Shown: piece after piece, positions 63,201 through 64,000 of the stretch
How the letters are laid out: the number at the start of each line of letters is the position of its first letter
How positions within the stretch are numbered: the first letter of the stretch is position 1
Origin: Epiperipatus broadwayi
Lineage: Eukaryota; Animalia; Onychophora
DNA: 64,000 nucleotides
Assembly: GCA_028023455.1 (NCBI GenBank)
Contig: JAQFVV010000001.1
Coordinates: 1,178,001-1,242,000, forward strand
Reading direction: 5' to 3'
Notes under the pieces: generated by a model
Told to the model about the DNA's origin: nothing
Database searches by the model: none
What the model saw: the letters and a program-made list of their open reading frames with translations, nothing else
Translations under genes and position numbers: made by a program

Positions 63201-64000
63201 TATCAAACACATTTATTGTACATTCAATAGATTCTTTACATTCTGAATTAGAAAAATTTTCTTCAATATTTTCACTTATTGTTTCTTCTGTATTGTTTTT
63301 GACTCCCATATGAGTGACAGTTTCTTTATCATGTTCACTGTCTTAACTGGAAATTTTTTCCAACTGACTAAATACATTCAAAAATATCCCTACTGTAATA
63401 AGGAACTGACTCCTAGTCATTCTTCATTACTTGTTAAGTAAAAGTACTGAGTAATTCTAAAAGCATTTTGCTCTCTTATGTCTTCCTATTTTCTTTTATT
63501 TATTAAATTTTGATACTCAGATTTTTTCTTTTTTCTGGGGATATCTAATTAAAGAAAAAATATATAATTATAATAAATTTTATTATTATAATTTTCAAAA
63601 TTAATTATATATATATAATACTAATTTAAAAAAAAAAACTTACTACATTAATACACTTTTTACATTAAATATTCCATGTATAAATTTAGTAACTTAAATA
63701 AAAATTAATATTAAAAGAAACTGTTAAATTATTAATATATATATATGTAATAATTAATAAAACAAGACAAAATATGTAACTTGCTTTAAAGCTTGTACTT
63801 TTAAAATGTTCACTAGATGGAGCTTACCACTATATTTATATTTGTATTTCACAATGTGTATATAATCGGCAGAAAGAAAATAGGTGTGCTCTGGTAGAAT
63901 GTAGTGGATGTGATGAGAGTTTATCATTTGAAATGTTTGAATGACTAGGAAGGATGTAACAGGTTTATGGTTATGTAGCCAGTGTGTAAATGTGATAAAA

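Overview
Very AT-rich animal genomic DNA, probably arthropod (inference). One host gene is recognisable: the last two coding exons of an ATP8A-type P4-ATPase (phospholipid flippase), separated by an 11.5 kb intron. The rest is mostly decayed transposons: Penelope-like (PLE) fragments, tRNA-headed SINEs, RTE LINEs, several Ty3/Gypsy LTR elements and a Merlin DNA transposon. A nested stack spans about 28.3-49 kb. The most unusual signal is a set of non-coding monomers of about 0.41-0.45 kb in two families, each carrying a minimal type I hammerhead ribozyme motif. Four of the five insertions have 12-14 bp target-site duplications (TSDs) and inverted 5' segments, and copies are circularly permuted or run hammerhead to hammerhead, which fits a retrozyme-like or PLE pseudo-LTR system. 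A young 345-bp tandem/inverted array has the same insertion signature but no canonical hammerhead. All coordinates and alignments were read by eye; boundaries of decayed elements are approximate.
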